A stretch of DNA of 48,981 bases from Vulcanimicrobiaceae bacterium (GTDB lineage: Bacteria > Vulcanimicrobiota > Vulcanimicrobiia > Vulcanimicrobiales > Vulcanimicrobiaceae): assembly GCA_035713505.1 (NCBI GenBank), contig DASSZL010000318.1:1-48981 (forward strand). Reading direction: 5' to 3'. A program made the position numbers and the translations under genes. A model generated the notes under the pieces. It was not told where the DNA came from. It searched no databases and was given only the letters and a program-made list of their open reading frames with translations. Position 1 is the stretch's first letter; each line of letters opens with the position of its first letter. Shown one piece after another: positions 27,143 through 36,061 of the stretch.

Positions 27143-27760
27143 ATGGCTGTAGCTAGCGTCACGCAGGCCGGGATCGTCGGCCGCCATCATGAGGAGCCGG
27201 ACCAGCTCTACGTCGAGACGCGCGAACTGCGCGTTCAGGGCTTCCTGTTGTTCATGGTCAGCGACCTCGTGCTGTTCTCGTCGTTCATTTTCGCATATCT
27301 GTATCTGCGCAACACCGGCCAAGGCTGGCCGCCGCCGGGTGCGCCGAAACTCGATCTCGCGCTGGCGGCGCTCAACTCGGTCATCCTGTTCGGATCCGGC
27401 GCGACGATGCACTTCGCACTGGAAAACTGGAAGCACCGCAACTTCATGAAGTTCGCGAACTGGATCATCGCGACCATCGTTCTGGGCGCCATGTTCCTCT
27501 CCGGGCAAATCGTCGAATACGCGAAGCTCGCGGTCGGCTGGGGAAGCAGCGGCATCTTCGGTGCGGGCTTCTTCACGCTCACGGGTATGCACGGTTTTCA
27601 CGTCTTCTGCGGCATCATTTACCTGACGGTGCTGCTGCTTCAGGCGGTGCAAGGCAAGTACACGTTCAACAAGTACACCGGTTTGACGCTCGGCACGCTG
27701 TATTGGCATTTCGTCGACGTCATCTGGGTTGTGCTGTTCTCGATCTTCTATCTGTACTAG
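27143..27760 (+). CDS. ctaE: cytochrome c oxidase subunit III
   Basis: 205 aa with 5 TMs. GMHGFHVFCGIIYL and LYWHFVDVIWVVLF signatures. AGGAG Shine-Dalgarno overlaps the ctaD stop. Confidence 0.92.
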   Translation: MAVASVTQAGIVGRHHEEPDQLYVETRELRVQGFLLFMVSDLVLFSSFIFAYLYLRNTGQGWPPPGAPKLDLALAALNSVILFGSGATMHFALENWKHRNFMKFANWIIATIVLGAMFLSGQIVEYAKLAVGWGSSGIFGAGFFTLTGMHGFHVFCGIIYLTVLLLQAVQGKYTFNKYTGLTLGTLYWHFVDVIWVVLFSIFYLY

Positions 27761-27771
27761 GAGCGCAAGCA

Positions 27772-27996
27772 ATGGAAGGTATTAGTTCAACCGTCGCCCA
27801 CGTAGAACGCATCCTCGCGTTTGCCTTCGGCGTCGTGGTGCTCATCGTGGCGTCAGTCGCGCTCAAGAACGATTGGAAGACCAAAGGCTTGGAGAATCAA
27901 GTCTTCAAGATGATGCTCGCGCTGCTGGCGCTCGGCGCGTTTCTGGCGATTCTCGCCAGCGTGAACGTGCTCGCCGGAAAGGGCGTGGAAATCTAA
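27772..27996 (+). CDS. putative small oxidase subunit IV-like membrane protein (2 TM)
   Basis: 74 aa with two hydrophobic helices. AGGAG lies 8 nt upstream of ATG 27772. It has the position expected for ctaF. There is no sequence-level family match I can assert. Confidence 0.5.
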   Translation: MEGISSTVAHVERILAFAFGVVVLIVASVALKNDWKTKGLENQVFKMMLALLALGAFLAILASVNVLAGKGVEI

Positions 27997-28196
27997 TGTT
28001 CGATCCCACCGACGAACGCGGCGTACCGACCAGCCGCGGCATACCGAAAGCCGTCATCATCGCGGCCACCATCGGCATCCTCTCGATCTTTGCCATCGGC
28101 GGTTGGACCATCGCTAACGGCGGCTACGGCCACGTGTGGCCCTCGCAGCAGGCGCTGCGCATCCCGCTGAGCGGTTCGAACGCCTATCAGCACTAG
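27996..28196 (+). CDS. 66-aa single-TM protein coupled to the oxidase operon
   Basis: ATG shares a base with the preceding TAA (TAATG at 27994-27998). One TM (AVIIAATIGILSIFAIGGWTI). No family recognised. Confidence 0.45.
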   Translation: MFDPTDERGVPTSRGIPKAVIIAATIGILSIFAIGGWTIANGGYGHVWPSQQALRIPLSGSNAYQH

Positions 28197-28212
28197 GCGC
28201 TAGCGCTTAGTG
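28191..28212. repeat. 22-nt near-perfect palindrome containing the stop codons of two convergent genes
   Basis: CACTAGGCGCTAGCGCTTAGTG. It differs from its reverse complement only at one position pair, which would be a G-U pair in RNA. Confidence 0.6.
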
Positions 28213-28776
28213 CCGCGGGTTGATGCCGACGGCCATCACCGGGATTTCTTCCGGCAGCACGCCGGTGGATTTTCCGTCGATTTTGTGCAGGCCGCCGTAC
28301 TCCGAAAATTCGCACATCGCCGGCAGCGTCATGTCGGGTAGTTTTTTCATGCCGTAGCATTCCCACTCGCAGCAGAGTTGCTGATCGGCGAAGAGCACGG
28401 CGACATAGCCGCTCGCGCCTAAGTCCGACTCGTCGTCTGGCGCTCGATAGCGAACGTAGCCGTCGATGAGATAGATGGGTTTGTAGGTCTGCCTGTACGC
28501 AATGAGCGGGGCTACCAGCAGGTAGATGAAGTACGCCAAGAAGGCGAGCGCGGCAAGCGCGAAGATCGGTGAGAGAATCCACATGTCGTGCGGTTTGGCG
28601 ACACGCGCGCGCCAGATGATGCCCCAGGTGAGCATGCCGAAAAATAGCATGCCGAGCAGCGGTTCAACGGCAATGGCGAAGCGTCCGGTCAGGCCGCGCC
28701 AAACGATGAGCCGTTCGCGCGCCGTCCATGGCCTGCTGGCCAGATGGTCGCCTCGCTGAATCTTTCGGAGTTTCAT
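28207..28776 (-). CDS. hypothetical membrane protein with a Cys-rich C-terminal domain
   Basis: 189 aa. Two or three TMs, then ...LCCEWECYG...AMCEF. The ATG directly abuts the upstream TAG (TAGATG). Confidence 0.55.
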   Translation of the reverse strand: MKLRKIQRGDHLASRPWTARERLIVWRGLTGRFAIAVEPLLGMLFFGMLTWGIIWRARVAKPHDMWILSPIFALAALAFLAYFIYLLVAPLIAYRQTYKPIYLIDGYVRYRAPDDESDLGASGYVAVLFADQQLCCEWECYGMKKLPDMTLPAMCEFSEYGGLHKIDGKSTGVLPEEIPVMAVGINPRH

Positions 28777-30448
28777 CTACCTCTCCGAGTATTCCACGCT
28801 TTCGGCGGGTTGCGCGCGGTCGATCATAACTTTATGATTCGCCGACGGAGCAAGCGTACCGAGCGTTCGTCCCCACCGGCCGCCGATGCGCGAGTCGATG
28901 AACATCTCCGCTGCCGGATTGTATGGATCGCGTGCAAGCAGCGCCGCCTGCCAGAGCAGCGCCATGCGCTCGACGATGGAGCGCGCACGGCTTTCCGCGG
29001 TTTGCGCGTCACGCAAAAGCGAATCGAGTTCGTCCGCCGCCTTCCGCATGCGTGCATCGTCCAGCGCGGGCGCGATCTCGGCATGAAATGCGTCGAGCCC
29101 CTCCGGCTGCTTCGTGAGCGCCCGCAGAACGTCGAGCGCGATGACGTTGCCCGACCCTTCCCAAATCGAATTCACGGGCGCTTCGCGGTACAGGCGCGGC
29201 ATCGGCGATTCTTCCACGTAGCCGTTCCCGCCCAGACACTCGAGCGCTTCGCCGATGACGACGGGCGCGCGTTTGCACACGTAATACTTGCCGACCGCGA
29301 CGCCCAAACGCCGGATCGCCGCCTCGCGCGGGTCGCTTTCGGTGCGGTCCGCAGCGCGCGCCAAACGAATGAGCAGCGCCATCGCCGCTTCGGATTCGAG
29401 TGCGAGATCGGCCAGTACGTTCTGCATCGCGGCCTGATCGATCAGCGCCTTGCCGAAGGCGTGCCGATACGTCGCATGATGAATTGCCTGCGCAAGCGCT
29501 TGACGCATCAGCGCCGACGAACCGTTGATGCAGTCCAGCCGCGTGCAGTTGATCATCTCGACGATCGTCTGCACGCCGCGGCCGGCCTCACCCACGAGGA
29601 GCGCCCAGGCGCCTTCGAGCTCGATCTCGCTCGACGCGTTGGAGCGGTTGCCCATTTTGTCTTTGAGGCGCTGAAGGTACACGGCATTGCGCGTGCCGTC
29701 CGGCAGTATACGCGGCAACAGGAAACAGCTCAGCCCCGCGCCGGTTTGCGCCAGCACGAGGAACGCATCGCTCATCGGCGCGGAGCAAAACCATTTGTGG
29801 CCGGTGAGCAGAAACGCATCGCCGAGTTCCGTGCGCTCCGCAAATTCCGCGCGCATCAGATTCGCGCGCACGTCCGAGCCGCCTTGTTTCTCGGTGAGCG
29901 CCATGCCGCAGATCGCGCTGCGCTTTTCGTCTATGGGCTGCAGCTGCGCGTCGTAGTCGCATTCGGCGAAGCGCGGTTCCCAGAGGCGCGCGAGCTGCGG
30001 CTGCATCCGCAGTGCCGGTATCGCCGCGTACGTCATCGAGATCGGGCAGCCGTGACCGGCCTCGACCTGTCCCCACACGTAAAATTTTGCGGCGCGCGCC
30101 GTGTGCGCGACCGGATCGCTGCTGACCCACGGCGCCGCGTGCAAACCGTTACGCGTCGCGACGCGCATCAATTGGTGATACGCGGGATGAAATTCGACTT
30201 CGTCGATGCGATGCCCGAAGCGGTCGTGCGTACGCAGTTTGGGCGGGTACTCGTTGGCGAGGCGCCCCCACTCTTGCGCCTCTTCGCTGCCCGCATGAGC
30301 GCCGAGCTGCGTTAGCGCGATTAGCGCACTGGACGCGCCCTCGCGTGCCAGGCGTTTCCACCAGCGCGCGGTCGCTGCGAAAGACGTTGTAGCCGCTCAG
30401 CGCCGGCGGCTGATTGAGGACCTCGTGCGTGCGGGGCATACCGCTCAC
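28777..30448 (-). pseudogene. AidB-like acyl-CoA dehydrogenase with an apparent 1-nt frameshift after about codon 30
   Basis: Frame A (30448 downward) gives MSGMPRTHEVLNQPPALSGYNVFRSDRALVE. The +1 frame continues LAREGASSALIALTQLGAHAGSEEAQEWGRLANEYPPKLRTHDRFGHRIDEVEFHPAYHQLMRVATRNGLHAAPW... into the 464-aa ORF. The break is at about 30351-30367. Confidence 0.8.
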
Positions 30449-31815
30449 TCGGTTGCGGCCGACCGGATCTCCTGTTTGCGACTGGAAAGCGTCGAGGCAA
30501 CCGCCAAGGCAAGCAGCGCGACGGCTGCGAACGCGAGATAGGTGTCGCGGTAGGCCGCGGCGTCGGAGAGGGCATGGCCCATGATGCCGCCGGCAAGCGA
30601 GCCGCCCACGATCTGCCCCATGATGAGGAACTGGCTCAGCAGTCCAATCGACGTTGCGCGCGTGCGCTCCGTCGTTTCATTCGTGACGATATAACGAGTC
30701 GGCGCGCCGAGCAGCGCGCCGAAGCCGATGCCCGCGACGATCATCGCGACGACCGAAAGCGCGAGCGAGGTAAAGAACAGCGCGAACAGCACCAGACCCG
30801 CTTCGGTCAACAGCGCTCCGACGAGCAGCACGTCGCGGCTGCCGATGCGATCGAGCGCGCGCCCGGAGCCGGGAATGACCGCGACAAACATGAACGCCCC
30901 GACGGCCGCAACCAATCCGGCGGCGGCGTATGAAATGTGCTGAGCGCCGACGAGCACCGCCGGAATGAAGAACAGCGAGCCCTCGAGTATGCCGATCAGG
31001 ATTTCGAGCACGTATGTCTTGGCGAGTTGGCGATTCGCGAACAGCGCGGGCGGAACGATTGGATACCGGCACGTGCGCTGCCACAGCACGAATCCGGCGA
31101 GCAGCAGAATGCCGACCGCGATCGTGACCACGTGCGCGCCGTTGATGCCGTACATCAAAAACAGCAAACCCACGCAGAGCAAGAACAGGCCGGCGACGTC
31201 GAGCGGCCCGCGAACGCGCGGCGCGTTCGTCGGAACGTGGCGCACGGCGAGCACGAGCACCGCGGCCGCAATCGGGAAATTCGGTGCGAAGATGAAGCGC
31301 CACGAAACGAAGTGCGTGACCATGCCGCCGTACACCGGACCGAGCACCGCCGCGAGCCCCCACGTTGCGGCGACAAGACCGAGCGCAGCGCCGCGGCGCT
31401 GCGGCGGAACCGCGTCACCGATTGCCGCGGTCGCCACCGGGAAGATGCCGCCCGCGCCGAACGCTTGCACCGCGCGTGCAAGCAAGAAGACGCCGTAGTC
31501 GTGTGAAACGACGGCAAGCGCGCTGCCCGCGACGAAAATAGAAACGCACGCGATGTAGATCGGACGGCGTCCGTAGCGATCCGCCAGCGTGCTCATCACG
31601 GCGATACCGACGATGTTCACGAGCAGATAGAGCGTGAAAACCCACGCGAGATCGCCGGTGGCGACGGTGAACTCTTTGCCGAGCGCGGGAAGCGCGGGCG
31701 CCAGGACGCTGAGATCGAGTGCGCCGAGGAAGACGCCAAGACCAAGCGTCAGGAGCAGCGGCAGGACGGTGCGGTCGAGCTTATGACCCGCGAACGTCGT
31801 CGTAGTTGCTTCCAA
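30445..31815 (-). CDS. MFS transporter
   Basis: 456 aa with 12-14 TMs and the MFS motif LADRYGRRPIYI. Its stop overlaps the GTG of the AidB-like gene (GTGA at 30445-30448). Confidence 0.9.
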   Translation of the reverse strand: MEATTTTFAGHKLDRTVLPLLLTLGLGVFLGALDLSVLAPALPALGKEFTVATGDLAWVFTLYLLVNIVGIAVMSTLADRYGRRPIYIACVSIFVAGSALAVVSHDYGVFLLARAVQAFGAGGIFPVATAAIGDAVPPQRRGAALGLVAATWGLAAVLGPVYGGMVTHFVSWRFIFAPNFPIAAAVLVLAVRHVPTNAPRVRGPLDVAGLFLLCVGLLFLMYGINGAHVVTIAVGILLLAGFVLWQRTCRYPIVPPALFANRQLAKTYVLEILIGILEGSLFFIPAVLVGAQHISYAAAGLVAAVGAFMFVAVIPGSGRALDRIGSRDVLLVGALLTEAGLVLFALFFTSLALSVVAMIVAGIGFGALLGAPTRYIVTNETTERTRATSIGLLSQFLIMGQIVGGSLAGGIMGHALSDAAAYRDTYLAFAAVALLALAVASTLSSRKQEIRSAATE

Positions 31816-31884
31816 GGGTTACGTGCCTACCTGCAGATGGGCCGAAGGCCGGGGGGCGTGGAGCGCGCAGCGCGGATACGCCAT

Positions 31885-32805
31885 TTAGAAAATAATCCGA
31901 TCGATCACCATGCTCGCGCAGATGAACGCGAGATAGAGCAGCGAGTACAGGAACATCGTGCGCGCCGATTTCGTCGTCGCATCGCGCAGCGTGCGCACCG
32001 CGTAATAGGTGAAAATGATTCCGAGTCCGGCCGCGACCGCGGCGTAGAGCGGGCCCATCACGTGCAACGGCCAGTACAGCGCCGCGGAGCCCAGCAGCAG
32101 CACGATCGTGTAGATCAGGATGTCGCGCTTGGTGCGTTCGTCGCCATAGACGTTGGGCAGCATCGGAACTCCCGCTTTGTCGTAATCCGTTTCGGTCATC
32201 AGTGCGAGCGCCCAGAAATGCGGCGGCGTCCACAAGAAGATGATCGCGAACAGTCCGAGCGCCGGACCGCCGATTCCATGCGTGACGGCCGCCCAGCCGA
32301 CGAGCGGCGGAATGGAACCCGCTGCGCCGCCGATGACGATATTTTGCGGCGTGCGGCGTTTGAGCAGCATCGTGTAGAGCACGACATAATAAACGTTGCC
32401 CGCCATAGAGAGCCACGCCGCCAGATGATTCACGCGGAAGTAGAAGATCGCGAACGAGAGCACGCCCATCACGCATGCGTGCGTCGTCGCGGCGAAAATC
32501 GAGATGCGGCCCGAAGGAAGCGGACGCGAACGCGTGCGCTTCATGATGCGATCGATGTCGACGTCGTACACGCAGTTCAGCGTGCCGGCCGACATCGCGG
32601 CAAGGGCGCCCCCGAGCATCGTCCAGCCGAAAATGCCGAGCGGCGGAATGCCGCGTGAAGCCATCACCATGGCGGCTGCCGTCGTGATGAGCAGCAAATA
32701 CATGATGCGCGGCTTGCCCAGTTCGTAATAATCGTTGAACAAGCCCAGCCAGCCCACCGCTCGCGCGGGAGCGACGCCTTCGACGCGAGCGACCGTGGTG
32801 TTCAT
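31885..32805 (-). CDS. ctaB: protoheme IX farnesyltransferase (heme O synthase)
   Basis: UbiA-type motif NCVYDVDIDRIMKRTRSRPLPSG, PPHFWALA, 306 aa. ATGA overlap with ctaA at 32802-32805. Confidence 0.95.
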   Translation of the reverse strand: MNTTVARVEGVAPARAVGWLGLFNDYYELGKPRIMYLLLITTAAAMVMASRGIPPLGIFGWTMLGGALAAMSAGTLNCVYDVDIDRIMKRTRSRPLPSGRISIFAATTHACVMGVLSFAIFYFRVNHLAAWLSMAGNVYYVVLYTMLLKRRTPQNIVIGGAAGSIPPLVGWAAVTHGIGGPALGLFAIIFLWTPPHFWALALMTETDYDKAGVPMLPNVYGDERTKRDILIYTIVLLLGSAALYWPLHVMGPLYAAVAAGLGIIFTYYAVRTLRDATTKSARTMFLYSLLYLAFICASMVIDRIIF

Positions 32806-33707
32806 GCGGTCACATGCTCGCGCGCGGGCATGCTGTCGAGCGCGGCAAACGCCGTCGCGGAAACGAACGCAAGAAAAACCAGCGCCGCATTTGCGGCATG
32901 CGCTTCACGCAAGTCGATTGGCAGCCGCAGCGCCACATTCAACAGTCCGAGCAACACCTGCACGAACACCAGGCCAAGACCGATCGTTGCGGCCGTGCGC
33001 ACGCGCGAAGACGCGCCCAGCGCCCATACGAGCGCAAAGGAGATGACGGCGGTCAGCAAGCAGGCTGCCGCGATAAAACGATGGAGCATCTGCACGGCTT
33101 GTCCCGGCGTATATACCACGACATTGCCGGCGCATCCCGGGATGTCGATGCAGGCCAGGCCGGCGCCGCTCGAGCTGACGTACGCGCCCACGCACATCGT
33201 GATGAACGCGACGGCGGCGGCTCCGCCGAGGATACCGGTCAAGGCTGCCTGCCGGCGCGAGCCGGCGCCCCGCGCGTCCTGTTGCGCCGCGAACGCGAAA
33301 ATTGCCATGCAGCTGAGCGAGCCGACGAACGCCATCGCGGTGCCCCAGTGCCACACGACCGAGATGGGGCTGTTGGCGAGATGCACGGTCGCCGCGCCCA
33401 GGAAGACCTGGAAAAGGAAGAGCCCGGCGATGACCAGGCCCGTCGGAGTGACGAAACCGGCGTCGTTGCGGCGCCGCCAGGCGGCCGCCAAAACGCCGGC
33501 GACCAGCAGCGAGAGCAGAGCCGCGGTGAGGCGATGCGTCCACTCCCAGACGGTGCCGCCCCCCATGGAAGGGATGAATTCGCCGTGGCAGAGCGGGTAG
33601 TCGGGGCAGGTCATGCCCGCGCCGTTGATGCGGGTCCAGCTGCCCAACATGACCTCGCCGTACGCGACCGCGACGGCCGCGAGGCTGAGGCGTGCGAGAA
33701 TCTTCAC
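32802..33707 (-). CDS. ctaA: heme A synthase (COX15/CtaA family)
   Basis: GSWTRINGAGMTCPDYPLCHG, a second Cys pair (GLACIDIPGCAG), conserved His in the TMs and 8 TMs. GTG start. Confidence 0.9.
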   Translation of the reverse strand: MKILARLSLAAVAVAYGEVMLGSWTRINGAGMTCPDYPLCHGEFIPSMGGGTVWEWTHRLTAALLSLLVAGVLAAAWRRRNDAGFVTPTGLVIAGLFLFQVFLGAATVHLANSPISVVWHWGTAMAFVGSLSCMAIFAFAAQQDARGAGSRRQAALTGILGGAAAVAFITMCVGAYVSSSGAGLACIDIPGCAGNVVVYTPGQAVQMLHRFIAAACLLTAVISFALVWALGASSRVRTAATIGLGLVFVQVLLGLLNVALRLPIDLREAHAANAALVFLAFVSATAFAALDSMPAREHVTA

Positions 33708-33760
33708 TAGACTTCAGAGTCTACCGAATCGACCTGAGTGCGACAATGACTTTGTCGCGC

Positions 33761-34525
33761 CTAACACCCCTGAATCGCGCCGTCCACCTTACCGGCGGCC
33801 AGGTTTTCGTCGCGTAGAATGACCGGAATACGTTTTTGAAAGTCATCCGCGGCGAGCCTTGCTTGCTGCGTGGAGGTCGGATCGCTCGGGTCGTGTCCCA
33901 TCGCGGGCGGAGCCGGCAGGCCCTGCGTTTGCGGAACGGTGCCGCGAAGCTCGCCCGTGGGCTGCTCGGCCAGCGGATCTCTCACGCCGTACACCGCTTC
34001 ATTCGACTTTTGCTGCCCTTCGTCGAACTGCGACATGTCGCGAAAATCCTGATAGGCGAGGAAGCCGTTGAGATCGCGCGCGACTTTTTGCTGACTCCAC
34101 AGCGCGCCGCCCAGTTCATCCGCGAATTCCTTGAGCGCTTTGGCTTCTTGCGGATCCTTCGTGGCGGCGGCAACTTTGCGCAGACGTTTTACTTCGTCGT
34201 CACCGGAACGCGCCTGCATCATCAGGTTTTTCGCGAGGTCGCCCAGCGCTCGCAGACTCTTGTAGCGGTGCATCTCGTTGCCGTCATCCAAGTTCGCCAA
34301 ACGCAGCTGCGTGATCGTGCTGCCGATAATCTGATCGTTGTCTAGCGTCGCGGCGATCGCGCTGTTCGCATGCGTGATGATCGAGGCGCAGCGCGCGGAT
34401 ACACGAATTGTCGCAATGGTTTTTAGCGCGGGCGTCGCGGATGGCTGCGGCGCGGGTGACGCCGCGGGCGGCGGCGGCAGTATGGCGACCGTCAGCGCCG
34501 CGGCGGCGAGCATGTGCTGGAGCAT
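33761..34525 (-). CDS. secreted hypothetical protein
   Basis: Signal-like N-terminus followed by a Pro/Ala-rich linker and a charged helical body. It is co-directional with and upstream of ctaA. No family recognised. Confidence 0.55.
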   Translation of the reverse strand: MLQHMLAAAALTVAILPPPPAASPAPQPSATPALKTIATIRVSARCASIITHANSAIAATLDNDQIIGSTITQLRLANLDDGNEMHRYKSLRALGDLAKNLMMQARSGDDEVKRLRKVAAATKDPQEAKALKEFADELGGALWSQQKVARDLNGFLAYQDFRDMSQFDEGQQKSNEAVYGVRDPLAEQPTGELRGTVPQTQGLPAPPAMGHDPSDPTSTQQARLAADDFQKRIPVILRDENLAAGKVDGAIQGC

Positions 34526-34595
34526 TCGGGCTACCTCGTACTGTTAATAGTGCACCCGAAGGGCTTCGCGTGACAACTGCGCGAACGCCCTGCGC

Positions 34596-35039
34596 GTGGC
34601 CGCTTCCCGACGATTTTGGGCACTGCTTGCGTTGCTTGTTTTAGCCGGCTGCCGCGACGTGCGCGTACAGACGCTGCGGCAAGGAGCCACGCCGTACCTC
34701 GACGGCGGAAATGAAATCGTCGTCGTGCGTGATGAGGCCTCGCTTGAACGGCTGGGCATACGTGCCCCGGTGCGTTTCCGAAGCGAGTTCGGCGTGGTAT
34801 TGCTGATGGGGCCGCACGACCGCAGCGGCTATCGTCAAGTCATCGAATCGATACGCGCGAATCCCGACGGCGTGCGCGTCGTCGCGTTTGAAGAGCCGCC
34901 CGCCAGCGGCGGCCAGCCTTCGAACAAATACCGTACGTTCACACTCTGGATCGTGCCGAATACCGTCTACCGGCGCGGGGTGAAGGTCCTGGTCGTGACG
35001 CCGTCCGACGTGCCGGTCGCCTCGACGAGCCTGCCCTAG
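34596..35039 (+). CDS. lipoprotein, PrcB C-terminal-domain-like (tentative)
   Basis: Lipobox LVLAGC. The pattern VVLLMGPHDRSGYRQVIESIRANPDGVRVVAFEEPP...TFTLWIVP resembles the PrcB_C family. The stop shares a base with the alr GTG. Confidence 0.5.
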   Translation: MAASRRFWALLALLVLAGCRDVRVQTLRQGATPYLDGGNEIVVVRDEASLERLGIRAPVRFRSEFGVVLLMGPHDRSGYRQVIESIRANPDGVRVVAFEEPPASGGQPSNKYRTFTLWIVPNTVYRRGVKVLVVTPSDVPVASTSLP

Positions 35040-36061
35040 TGGAGCCCGAACTCTCGCTCGATCTCTCGGTCGTGGCCGACAACGCCCGCGCTTGGCGGCG
35101 GCACGCCGGCGTCCCCCTCTACGCCGTCGTCAAGGGCGAGGGGTACGGCTGGGGCTTCGCGCGTCTGGTCCGGGCGCTCGCGGACGTGGCCGACGCCTTT
35201 TGCGTGGCCGATGAGCAGGAGCTGCGGCAAATTCGCACGCTCACGCGCGCGCCGGTCGTCGTGCTGGGTTCGGTGGCTCCCGACCGCTTGGCGCAAGCGT
35301 ATCGCACGGACGGACAGCCGAACATCGGGACGGTCACCGAACTCGAGGTCGCGCAGCGCGTCTTTCAGGCATTGGGCAAGCCCTTGCGGGTGCGCGTGGG
35401 GGTTCGCCCGGCGGCGGCTTGGTCGGGCCTGTCTTTGGAGGGGGTCCGGGACTTCGCGCCCGCGCTCGCGCAAGCCGGCGGGATCGTGCAGGCGTGGACC
35501 CATCTTACGGACCTGGAAAGCCGGGACGCTCAGCTTTCGACCTTCCACCGTGCTCTCGAGCTCATGCGGCTTGCCGGCGTGAACGTTGAGGGGACCGACG
35601 TCCTGAGCACCTTCCCCCTGGCGGCCGGCGGCCCGCTCGGCGATGCCGTGCGCATCGGCGTCGGGCTGTTTGGGGCGACCGGCGGCTTCAGCGTGCCCGG
35701 GGTGCGGTGCGCGCTCACGGTAACCGCGCCGCTCGTGCGCCTGGAGCGACATTCGGCCGGGACGCGCGTGGGATATGGGGGTACGATGCTTGCCGATGGG
35801 GAGACGATCGCGACGGCGCGATGCGGCTATGCCGACGGTTTGCCTAAGAGTCTGGCGGGCGCGGACGATATCTTATCGGTTGGTATGCAGTACGTCACCG
35901 CGCGAGCGTCACGGCTCGATGTCTCCGGAGGGCAGCTCGTCTTGCTCGATCGGGAGACCGACCTCGACGCATTTGCAGCTCGGTGCGCACGTCTTCCACA
36001 TGAAATTGTCACAGCGTTCGGAAACCGCGCGCGGGCGAGCGGCGTTTCTCTAGAGGTTTGA
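35039..36061 (+). CDS. alr: alanine racemase
   Basis: PLP-Lys box YAVVKGEGYGWG and the catalytic Tyr region RCGYADGLP. 340 aa. Confidence 0.85.
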   Translation: MEPELSLDLSVVADNARAWRRHAGVPLYAVVKGEGYGWGFARLVRALADVADAFCVADEQELRQIRTLTRAPVVVLGSVAPDRLAQAYRTDGQPNIGTVTELEVAQRVFQALGKPLRVRVGVRPAAAWSGLSLEGVRDFAPALAQAGGIVQAWTHLTDLESRDAQLSTFHRALELMRLAGVNVEGTDVLSTFPLAAGGPLGDAVRIGVGLFGATGGFSVPGVRCALTVTAPLVRLERHSAGTRVGYGGTMLADGETIATARCGYADGLPKSLAGADDILSVGMQYVTARASRLDVSGGQLVLLDRETDLDAFAARCARLPHEIVTAFGNRARASGVSLEV

